This document shows positions 1 to 11,310 of a stretch of 64,000 nt of DNA, piece after piece. The DNA lies in the NCBI GenBank assembly GCA_020692565.1, contig JAIMKJ010000012.1:26347-90346 (forward strand). The letters are read 5' to 3'. Source of the DNA: Thermomonas sp. (GTDB lineage Bacteria; Pseudomonadota; Gammaproteobacteria; Xanthomonadales; Xanthomonadaceae). Every line of letters begins with the position of its first letter. The stretch's first letter is position 1. A program made the translations under genes and the position numbers. The notes under the pieces are model-generated. The model was not told where the DNA came from. It saw nothing but the letters and a program-made list of their open reading frames with translations, and searched no databases.

Positions 1-1017
1 ATGTCTCTCTCCGGCCAAGGCTCGGCGCTGACGGTCGATTATGTCCAGGCAGGCACGCCGGACGCGTTGCTCACCAGCGATACCCTGGCGGTGTTCGGCT
101 TCGGCACCGACGCCCCGCACTGCGACGATCCCCGCTATCTGCGCATCCCGCTGCAGCCGTACGGCACCGCGCCGTTCGAACGCTGGCGCTGCGCCGCGCC
201 GGTCGAATTCGGCCGCAACGGCGACCCGATCGACGGTCAGATCCGCTGGTCCACCGACGGCCAGCTCACGTTCGGCGTGATCGAGATCGACGAGCCGCCG
301 GGGGACCACCCCGACCACAGCGACATCAGCGAAGCCGCCGAACGCGCCTACTCGCAACTGGTCGATTTCGTCTCCGGCAGCCGCACCCCGCATCTGCTGC
401 GGGTGTGGAACTACCTCGACGCCATCACCCAGGGCGACGGCGATACCGAACGCTACCGCCAGTTCTGCGTCGGCCGCGCCCGCGGCCTGGGCCGTTTCGA
501 TACCGTCGAGCTGCCGGCGGCGACCGCCATCGGCCGCTGCGACGGCCAGCGCACGCTGCAGGTCTATTGGCTGTCGGCCAACCAGCGCGGCACGCCGGTG
601 GAGAACCCGCGCCAGGTCAGCGCCTACCGCTACCCGCGGCAATACGGGCCGCAGTCGCCCAGTTTCGCCCGCGCGATGCTGCCGCCGCCCGGCAGCACCA
701 TGCCGCTGCTGCTGTCCGGTACCGCCAGCGTGGTCGGCCATGCTTCGCAGCACATCGGCGAACTGCTGGGCCAGATCGGCGAGACCTTCGCCAATTTCGA
801 CGCCCTGCTGGCCGAAGCGCGCCGCCACCAGCCGTCGCTGCCGGCCGGATTCGGCAGCGGCACCCGACTGAAGGTCTACGTGCGCGATGCCGACGACCTC
901 CCGCTGGTCGCCAAGGCGCTGGACGAACGCTTCGGCGCCAGCGTGCCGCGAGTGTTGCTGCACGCGGCGATCTGCCGGCGCGAGCTGGCGGTGGAAGTGG
1001 ACGGCGTACACGCCTGA
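1..1017 (+). CDS. xanB2: FkbO/Hyg5-family chorismatase (XanB2 type; hydroxybenzoate supply for xanthomonadin/aryl-polyene pigment)
   Basis: 338 aa with LLRVWNY, ENPRQVSAYRYPRQYGPQSPSFARA, LLLSGTAS and C-terminal ICRRELAVEVDG motifs of this family. Confidence 0.85.
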   Translation: MSLSGQGSALTVDYVQAGTPDALLTSDTLAVFGFGTDAPHCDDPRYLRIPLQPYGTAPFERWRCAAPVEFGRNGDPIDGQIRWSTDGQLTFGVIEIDEPPGDHPDHSDISEAAERAYSQLVDFVSGSRTPHLLRVWNYLDAITQGDGDTERYRQFCVGRARGLGRFDTVELPAATAIGRCDGQRTLQVYWLSANQRGTPVENPRQVSAYRYPRQYGPQSPSFARAMLPPPGSTMPLLLSGTASVVGHASQHIGELLGQIGETFANFDALLAEARRHQPSLPAGFGSGTRLKVYVRDADDLPLVAKALDERFGASVPRVLLHAAICRRELAVEVDGVHA

Positions 1018-1107
1018 ACCTCGACGCCGACGCTTGATTTCGCTGGCGCCGCATCCATCTTGACGTTGCCGGTCCGCACGTCCGCGGGCTTCGATGGGGA
1101 AACTGTC

Positions 1108-1353
1108 ATGGGTCTGATCAGTCTGCTCTGGGGCATCGTCGCGATGCTGTTGATGTTCCTCGGCCTGATTCCGCTGCTGGGTTGGCTGAATTGGCTGGTG
1201 ATTCCCTTCGCCGGCATCGGCGCGATCATCGCCGCGATCGGGATCATGTTTCGCGGCGAGAAAAGCCGGCGCGGCAAGGCCGGGCTGCTGCTCAACGGCA
1301 TCGTCATCGTGATCGCGGCGATCCGGCTCAGCATCGGTGGCGGATTCATCTGA
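1108..1353 (+). CDS. Small inner-membrane protein (81 aa)
   Basis: ATG at 1108 after GGGGA; three hydrophobic stretches (MGLISLLWGIV..., WLNWLVIPFAGIG..., GLLLNGIVIVIAAIRL). Confidence 0.75.
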   Translation: MGLISLLWGIVAMLLMFLGLIPLLGWLNWLVIPFAGIGAIIAAIGIMFRGEKSRRGKAGLLLNGIVIVIAAIRLSIGGGFI

Positions 1354-1383
1354 CGGCCTCCGCCGCTACCGTCCGCACCTGAA

Positions 1384-1550
1384 GAGCGGCCTTCAGGCCG
1401 CTTACTTGCTTGGGTACCGCCTGCCACATAAACGGCGAAGCCGGCCCGATAAGCCCGCGCCATCGTCGGAGACGGTGGCGCGCGCCGCGGGCGTGAGCCA
1501 AGAAAGCAGCTGCCGAGCTTCCGCGCTGCGCGCGGGTTACTTTCTTTGGC
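1384..1550. repeat. REP-like palindromic elements
   Basis: AGCGGCCTTCAGGCCGCT hairpin and GCCAAGAAAG...CTTTCTTTGGC inverted repeat between convergent genes. Confidence 0.5.
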
Positions 1551-1630
1551 GATCCAGTGGCTTTACATGCGACACACTGAAAATCTGTTTATCAAGATAA
1601 AGCCGTCGCGCATGAAGGATTGGCTCGGGA

Positions 1631-2487
1631 TCAATTCGCGGTCTCGTCGACCTTTGCCGGCACGATCCCCGCGGCGTCCACGATCCGCAGATCGCGGATC
1701 GCACGGTTGACGTCCGGAACGCCATCAAGGGCGCCATCGCCCACATACAGCGCGAGATGTCCCGCATCGAAGCGGCCGAGTCCGGCGTCGTAGCTCGTCC
1801 AACGCCTGCCGTCCCAGGCCTGCACCCAGACGTGCGGACTGAACACATGCGCTTGTCCGGTAAAACGGCTGGAATACGCGACGCCGTAGACCACCCGCGC
1901 CGGAATCCCCAGCGCGCGCGCCGATGCCGCCAGCAGCACCGCGTATTCGGTGCAGTCGCCGCCGCGAGTCTTGAGTGCGGTCAGCGCATCGTGGTAATCG
2001 CGATAGTCGATCGCGCCGGTCATGTGTTTCTGGATCGCGGTCACCAGCGCCTGCATGCGGGTGTGGATCGAGCCGCCGCGGGTGTGCTGGCGCGCGAAAT
2101 TGCGGATGCGGCGGTCGTCGCTCTGCACCCAGGCATTGGGCGCGAGATAGCGACGCAGCATCGCATCGGTGGGCGCCTGCTCGCGACCGCAGTCGTCGCA
2201 CATCCGCAGCGTGATGCCGTTCGCATCGATGGTCGCCTGCTGTTCGCCGGTCTGCGGCCAGGCCCATTCGCGCGACGATTCGAAACGCAGCCGGTAGCGG
2301 ATTTCGCCGCCGCGCGCCTGCGCCGACATCCGGTACGGCGATTTCACCAGCAGACCTTGGACGAACGCACGGGCCTGTTCGGTGGTCGGTCTTGGTGTCG
2401 ATTTCACGGTGCTTGCCGTCTGCGCTGAGACGTGGCCCGCGCACAACATCGCGGATAGAACGAGCATGCGGATCGCAGCGTCCGATC

Positions 2488-2491
<4 letters not shown>
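1631..2491 (-). CDS. Exported transglutaminase-like (TGase/cysteine-protease fold) protein
   Basis: Start MRSDAAIRMLVLSAML (signal peptide-like); triad motifs GDCTEYA, HVWVQAW, YDA; ATGA overlap with the upstream gene. Confidence 0.8.
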
Positions 2492-6068
<3,577 letters not shown>

Positions 6069-6070
6069 TC

Positions 6071-6715
6071 ATGTCCAGCGCTTCGCAAAAACCGCTCAAC
6101 CCGACGCTCAGCCCCCTGTCCCGCCTGATCTTTGCCTCGCGCTGGCTGCAGCTGCCGCTGTATCTGGGCCTGATCGTGGCCCAGGGCGTGTACGTGTTCC
6201 TGTTCGGCAAGGAGTTGTGGCACCTCATCCACGACACGCCGACGCTCAGCGAACAGGACATCATGCTGATCGTGCTGGGCCTGATCGATGTGGTGATGAT
6301 CTCCAATCTGCTGATGATGGTGATCGTGGGCGGCTACGAAACCTTCGTTTCGCGGATGAATCTGGCGGGCCATCCCGATCAGCCGGAATGGTTGAGCCAC
6401 GTCAATGCCAGCGTGCTCAAGGTCAAGCTGGCGATGGCGATCATCGGCATCTCCTCGATCCATCTGCTCAAGAGTTTCATTGAAGTCGGCATGGTCGACG
6501 GCCTGCCGCTGTGCAGCACGATCGCTGGCGTCGAGGCGATGAAAGTCATGCAGCCGTTGATCGATGCCGGGCAGAAACTCAAGCCCTGCACCACGATCAC
6601 CTCGGCCGGCGTGATGTGGCAGGCGATCATCCATGCGCTGTTCATCGTCTCGGCGATCGGCATCGCCTGGACCGACCGGATCATGATGGGCAGTTCGACC
6701 AAGCGCGATCATTGA
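6071..6715 (+). CDS. TIGR00645/UPF0114 (YqhA-like) membrane protein
   Basis: SRWLQLPLYLGL, LGLIDVVMISNLLMMV, GGYETFVSR, LKVKLAMAIIGISSIHLL. Confidence 0.88.
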   Translation: MSSASQKPLNPTLSPLSRLIFASRWLQLPLYLGLIVAQGVYVFLFGKELWHLIHDTPTLSEQDIMLIVLGLIDVVMISNLLMMVIVGGYETFVSRMNLAGHPDQPEWLSHVNASVLKVKLAMAIIGISSIHLLKSFIEVGMVDGLPLCSTIAGVEAMKVMQPLIDAGQKLKPCTTITSAGVMWQAIIHALFIVSAIGIAWTDRIMMGSSTKRDH

Positions 6716-6796
6716 TTCGCGCTGGACGGAGCGCCCGGTCGATACCGGGCGCATAAAAACCGGGCAAGCCCCGGTGATCCGGCCTAAAATGCCCGG

Positions 6797-8992
6797 ATGG
6801 ATGTCTCCCACCTGCTCGACGGCCTGAACGCCGCGCAACGCGAAGCGATCAGCGCCGAAACCGGGCACTTGCTCGTGCTCGCCGGTGCCGGTTCCGGCAA
6901 GACCCGCGTCCTCACCCATCGCATCGCCTGGCTGCACGAAGTCTACGGCGTGCCGATGCACGGCATTTTCGCGGTGACCTTCACCAACAAGGCCGCGGGG
7001 GAGATGCGCCATCGCGCCGAATCGCTGCTGCCGGGCGGCAGCCGCGGCATGTGGATCGGCACCTTCCACGGCCTCGCCCATCGCCTGCTGCGCCTGCACT
7101 GGCAGGACGCGAAGCTGCCCGAAGCGTTCCAGATCCTCGACAGCGACGACCAACTGCGGCTGGTCAAGCGCGTGGTGCAGGCGCTGGAACTCGACGAGGC
7201 GCGGTTCCCGCCGCGGCAGATCGCGTGGTGGATCAACGCGCAGAAGGACGAAGGCCGCCGGCCGCAGCATATCCAGCCCGAGAAGGATGAATGGGCCAGC
7301 GTGATGCTGCGCGCCTACACCCTGTACCAGGAGCGCTGCGAGCAGTCGGGGCTGGTCGATTTCGCCGAAATTCTCCTGCGCGCGCACGAACTGCTGCGCG
7401 ACCATCCGCCGCTGCTGCAGCACTATCGCCATCGCTTCCAGCAGCTGCTGATCGACGAGTTCCAGGACACCAACAGCCTGCAGTACGCCTTCATCCGCCT
7501 GCTGGCCGGCGATACCGGCCAGGTGTTCACGGTCGGCGACGACGACCAGGCGATCTACGGCTGGCGCGGCGCGAAAGTGGAGAACGTGCAGCGCTTCCTG
7601 CGCGATTTCCCCGGCGCCAAGACCATCCGCCTCGAACAGAACTACCGCTCCAGCGCCAACATCCTCAACGCCGCCAACGCGGTCATCGCGCACAATCCGT
7701 CGCGGCTTGGCAAGCAGCTGTGGACCGACAGCGGCGAAGGCGAGCCGATCGATCTGTACGCCGCGTACAACGAAATCGACGAAGCGCGCTTCGTGATCGA
7801 GCGCATCCGCGCCTGGGTGCGCGACGGCGGCAGCCACGGCGAAACCGCGATCCTCTACCGTAGCAACGCGCAGTCGCGCGCGTTCGAAGAAACCCTGCTG
7901 GGCGAACAGATCCCGTTCCGCGTCTACGGCGGCATGCGCTTCTTCGAGCGCGCCGAAATCAAGGACACCCTGGCGTACATGCGCCTGATCGCCAACCGCG
8001 ACGACGACGCGGCGTTCGAGCGCGCGGTCAACACGCCCACGCGGGGCATCGGCGAGCGCACGCTCGACGAGGTGCGCCGTTATGCCCGCGCCCACGGCAT
8101 TTCGCTGTGGAAATCGGCGGCGCTGGTGTCGCGCAGCGACCTGCTGCCCGGGCGCGCGCGTAACGCTTTGGCGCTGTTCGAAGGTCTGATCGACACTGTC
8201 GCCGACGAATCGATCGATCTGCCGCTGAAGGACAAGATCGATCACGTGCTGGCGCGCTCCGCGCTGCGCGACCACTACGCCGCGCTGTCGAAAGGCTCGC
8301 TGGATTCGCGCACCGACAATCTCGACGAACTGGTGTCGGTGGCCTCGCGCTTCGTGAAGGGCGACGACGAAGAATCCGCGGCGCTGCCGGAGCTGGTCGC
8401 CTTCCTGGCGTACGCGGCGCTGGAAGCCGGCGAAGGCCAGACCGAAGCCGGCGAGGACGGCGTGCAGCTGATGACGCTGCACAGCGCCAAGGGCCTTGAA
8501 TTCCCGCTGGTCTTCCTGGTCGGCATGGAAGAAGGCCTGTTCCCGAACAACAAGTCGATCGAGGAAGCCGGCCGGCTGGAAGAAGAGCGCCGGCTCGCCT
8601 ACGTCGGCATCACCCGCGCGCGGCAGAAGCTGGTGATCACCTACGCCGAAGCGCGTCGCCTGCACGGTCAGGACATGTACGGCCTGCCGTCGCGCTTCCT
8701 GCGCGAGATTCCCACGACACTGATCCATGAAGTGCGGCCGAAGATCCAGGTCGCGCGGCCGATGTACAACGCGAACGCGCGCCGCGACGCGTGGCAACAG
8801 GGCCGCGGCCACGCCTCGCTGCAGGAAAATACCGGCGTGCGTGTCGGCCAGAACGTGACCCACGCGAAATTCGGCAGCGGCATCGTCACCGATATCGAAG
8901 GCACCGGCGCGCACGCGCGCGTGCAGGTCAATTTCGAGGACGAAGGCAGCAAATGGCTGGTGATGGCGTACGCGAATCTGCAGCCGGCGTAA
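6797..8992 (+). CDS. uvrD: DNA helicase II
   Basis: AGAGSGKT Walker A, DEFQDTN, VGDDDQAIYGWRGA, LEQNYRS, MTLHSAKGLEF, EEERRLAYVGITRA. Confidence 0.97.
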   Translation: MDVSHLLDGLNAAQREAISAETGHLLVLAGAGSGKTRVLTHRIAWLHEVYGVPMHGIFAVTFTNKAAGEMRHRAESLLPGGSRGMWIGTFHGLAHRLLRLHWQDAKLPEAFQILDSDDQLRLVKRVVQALELDEARFPPRQIAWWINAQKDEGRRPQHIQPEKDEWASVMLRAYTLYQERCEQSGLVDFAEILLRAHELLRDHPPLLQHYRHRFQQLLIDEFQDTNSLQYAFIRLLAGDTGQVFTVGDDDQAIYGWRGAKVENVQRFLRDFPGAKTIRLEQNYRSSANILNAANAVIAHNPSRLGKQLWTDSGEGEPIDLYAAYNEIDEARFVIERIRAWVRDGGSHGETAILYRSNAQSRAFEETLLGEQIPFRVYGGMRFFERAEIKDTLAYMRLIANRDDDAAFERAVNTPTRGIGERTLDEVRRYARAHGISLWKSAALVSRSDLLPGRARNALALFEGLIDTVADESIDLPLKDKIDHVLARSALRDHYAALSKGSLDSRTDNLDELVSVASRFVKGDDEESAALPELVAFLAYAALEAGEGQTEAGEDGVQLMTLHSAKGLEFPLVFLVGMEEGLFPNNKSIEEAGRLEEERRLAYVGITRARQKLVITYAEARRLHGQDMYGLPSRFLREIPTTLIHEVRPKIQVARPMYNANARRDAWQQGRGHASLQENTGVRVGQNVTHAKFGSGIVTDIEGTGAHARVQVNFEDEGSKWLVMAYANLQPA

Positions 8993-9001
8993 GCCGGAAT
9001 C

Positions 9002-9225
9002 GTAGAGCGGAGCAGAGCTCCGCTGCCTTGTGAGGCACACCAGCAGATCGATATCGAAGCATTGTCATCCCGAGCCGCTGGCGAGGGATCTGCTTCTTGC
9101 TTTCCATCGGGCGACCAAAGCGAACAGCAGATCCCTCACCCCGATGAGGCCGGGGTGAGGGATGACAGTGTTCCGTCGCGATGCCGCTTCCGGAGAGGGC
9201 GCAGCGGAGCTGCGCTCCGCTCTAC
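9002..9225. repeat. Nested REP element: inverted GTAG-REP pair enclosing a GTCATCCC...GGGATGAC element
   Basis: GTAGAGCGGAGCAGAGCTCCGCT at 9002 and AGCGGAGCTGCGCTCCGCTCTAC ending 9225; inner inverted repeat at 9063-9167. Confidence 0.8.
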
Positions 9226-9249
9226 AATTGCGAAAACGAGGCTTGTTCG

Positions 9250-10173
9250 ATGACAGATACCGACCCCGATTTCCTCCGCGTCCGCGACTACCTCACCGGC
9301 CTGCAAGACCGCATCTGCGCCGCGATCGAGGGCGCCGACGGCGGCGCGACCTTCCAGGAAGATCGCTGGGAGCGCGCCGAGGGCGGCGGCGGACGCACGC
9401 GGATCCTGCGCGACGGCGCGGTGTTCGAGCAGGCGGGGGTCGGGTTCTCGGATGTCTCGGGCACCACGCTGCCGCCGTCGGCGACCGCCGCGCGGCCGGA
9501 GCTGGCCGGTGCGTCGTGGCGTGCGGTCGGGGTGTCGCTGGTGTTTCATCCGCGCAATCCCTACCTGTCGACCACGCACGCCAACGTCCGTCATTTCCGC
9601 GCGATGCGCGATGACCAGACTGTGGCCTGGTGGTTCGGCGGCGGCTTCGATCTGACGCCGTTCTATCCTTTCGACGACGACGTGCGCCATTGGCACCGGA
9701 CCGCGCGCGAGTTGTGCGAACCCTTCGGCGGCGCCGAACGCTACGCGGCGCACAAGCAGTGGTGCGACGAGTATTTCTTCCTCAAGCACCGCAACGAAAC
9801 CCGCGGCGTCGGCGGGCTGTTCTTCGACGATCTGCACGGCGACTTCGAGCGCGACTTCGCGTATCAGCGCGCGGTCGGCGACGGATTTCTCGACGCCTAC
9901 CTGCCGTTGGTCGAACATCGCAAGGACACGCCTTATGGCGAGCGAGAACGCCAGTTCCAGCTTTACCGCCGCGGCCGCTACGTCGAATTCAATCTCGTGT
10001 TCGACCGCGGCACCCTGTTCGGCCTGCAATCGGGCGGACGCACCGAATCGATCCTGATGAGCCTGCCGCCGCTGGTGCGCTGGGAATACGGCTATACGCC
10101 GGAGGCCGGCAGCGACGAAGCGCGGCTGCAGGATTACCTCAAGCCGCGGGATTGGTTGGGCGAGGCTTCGTAG
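9250..10173 (+). CDS. hemF: Oxygen-dependent coproporphyrinogen III oxidase
   Basis: [51 protein letters not shown]. Confidence 0.97.
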   Translation: MTDTDPDFLRVRDYLTGLQDRICAAIEGADGGATFQEDRWERAEGGGGRTRILRDGAVFEQAGVGFSDVSGTTLPPSATAARPELAGASWRAVGVSLVFHPRNPYLSTTHANVRHFRAMRDDQTVAWWFGGGFDLTPFYPFDDDVRHWHRTARELCEPFGGAERYAAHKQWCDEYFFLKHRNETRGVGGLFFDDLHGDFERDFAYQRAVGDGFLDAYLPLVEHRKDTPYGERERQFQLYRRGRYVEFNLVFDRGTLFGLQSGGRTESILMSLPPLVRWEYGYTPEAGSDEARLQDYLKPRDWLGEAS

Positions 10174-10348
10174 GAGGACCCGCCTTCGTAGGAGGGCCTG
10201 CTTTTGTAGGAGGGCCTGCTTTTGTAGGAGGACCTGCTTTTGTAGGAGGGCCTTCAGGCCCGAGCTTTTTGCGAAGGCTCTCCGCGAACATCGCTCTGAG
10301 GACGCTCACGCAAGAGCTCGGGCCTGAAGGCCCTCCTACAAAAGCAGG
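10167..10348. repeat. GTAG-family REP pair preceded by 18-bp tandem repeats
   Basis: Four tandem TTYGTAGGAGGRCCYGCY units, then GTAGGAGGGCCTTCAGGCCCGAGC and its reverse complement. Confidence 0.9.
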
Positions 10349-10353
10349 CTCTT

Positions 10354-10842
10354 CTACGGAGCGGGGTCCTGATCGGCCAACACGATGCTGATCCGCCCGT
10401 TGGTTTCCAGCGTCGCCACGCGGATCCGCGCGATGTCGGTGCAGCCGGCTTCGCGCATGGCCTCGTGGAAGTCGGCGTTGCTCACCAGTTGCCGGCGCAG
10501 TACATCGCGATGGACCTTGCCGTCGCGCGCCAGGATCACCGGTTCGCCTTCGATCAGCTTGCGCGCGCGCGGGCTGCGCGCGGCGACCAGGGCGACCGCG
10601 TAGTTCAACGCGATCAGGCAGACCGCCAGCAGCGCGGCGCCGGTCAGCGAGTTGTCGCCGCCGTTGAGTCCGTTCTGCACCGCATTGCCGATCAGGATCA
10701 GCAGCACGAGGTCGAACGGCGTGAACTGGCCCATCGCGCGCTTGCCGGACGCGCGCACCAGCAGCATCACCAGCACGTAGATGGCGACCGCGCGAAGTGG
10801 GAAATGCCACCAGGGCGCGGAAAGATGGAAGAGCTCGGACAT
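10354..10842 (-). CDS. DUF421 (YetF/YcaP-like) membrane protein
   Basis: SGKRAMGQFTPFDLVLLILIGNAVQN, EGEPVIL, LETNGRISI. Confidence 0.88.
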   Translation of the reverse strand: MSELFHLSAPWWHFPLRAVAIYVLVMLLVRASGKRAMGQFTPFDLVLLILIGNAVQNGLNGGDNSLTGAALLAVCLIALNYAVALVAARSPRARKLIEGEPVILARDGKVHRDVLRRQLVSNADFHEAMREAGCTDIARIRVATLETNGRISIVLADQDPAP

Positions 10843-10911
10843 GGACAGCACCGATGAGGCGGGCGGGTGCCAGTGTCCTCCCGGAATCCGGGAATAAAAA
10901 GCATCGGGCAA

Positions 10912-11032
10912 TAAAAAGCCCCGCAGGTGGGGGAACCGGCGGGGCTGGGAACGGGACTTGGGGAGAGTCTTACGTTCCGGCGACCACTCCAGGGGAGGGA
11001 GTGGTCTGCGACGGACGTTGCATCCGTCGCGA
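10912..11032 (-). ncRNA. sX13-like small RNA
   Basis: Downstream of polA on the same strand; three hairpins with C-rich loops (CUCCC, CUCCCCA, UUCCCCCA); the last is followed by a U tract, matching the described Xanthomonadaceae sX13 position and fold. Confidence 0.75.
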
Positions 11033-11310
11033 GTAAGTTGACCACGGAGCGGCATGACAGTTCGTAAATATTCCGCTTAGCGGCAAGTCGGATTCAGGGT
11101 CGATTCACGGCCGGTGCATCGTTCGTTCAGCTATCGGCGAATGCGCCCGAAAAACCTGTCTGAACTGGCAGGATCATGCTGTTTTCAAGGCCTTCCGGTA
11201 GAACGCTGTGGTTGCGTCCGGTGCGCTTCGTCCCGCCCGCGCCAGCCGGATTCCAGACAATCGCGAGGACACACGCATCGCCATGTGCGGCAGCCGTTGA
11301 AGCGCGATTG

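Noticed and set aside
10167-10240. Tandem repeats as a possible CRISPR array
   Set aside because: 18-bp units are directly adjacent with no spacers, match the REP terminus, and no cas genes are present
11166-11180. TGGCAGGATCATGC as a sigma54 promoter
   Set aside because: GG-to-GC spacing is 9 nt rather than the required 10
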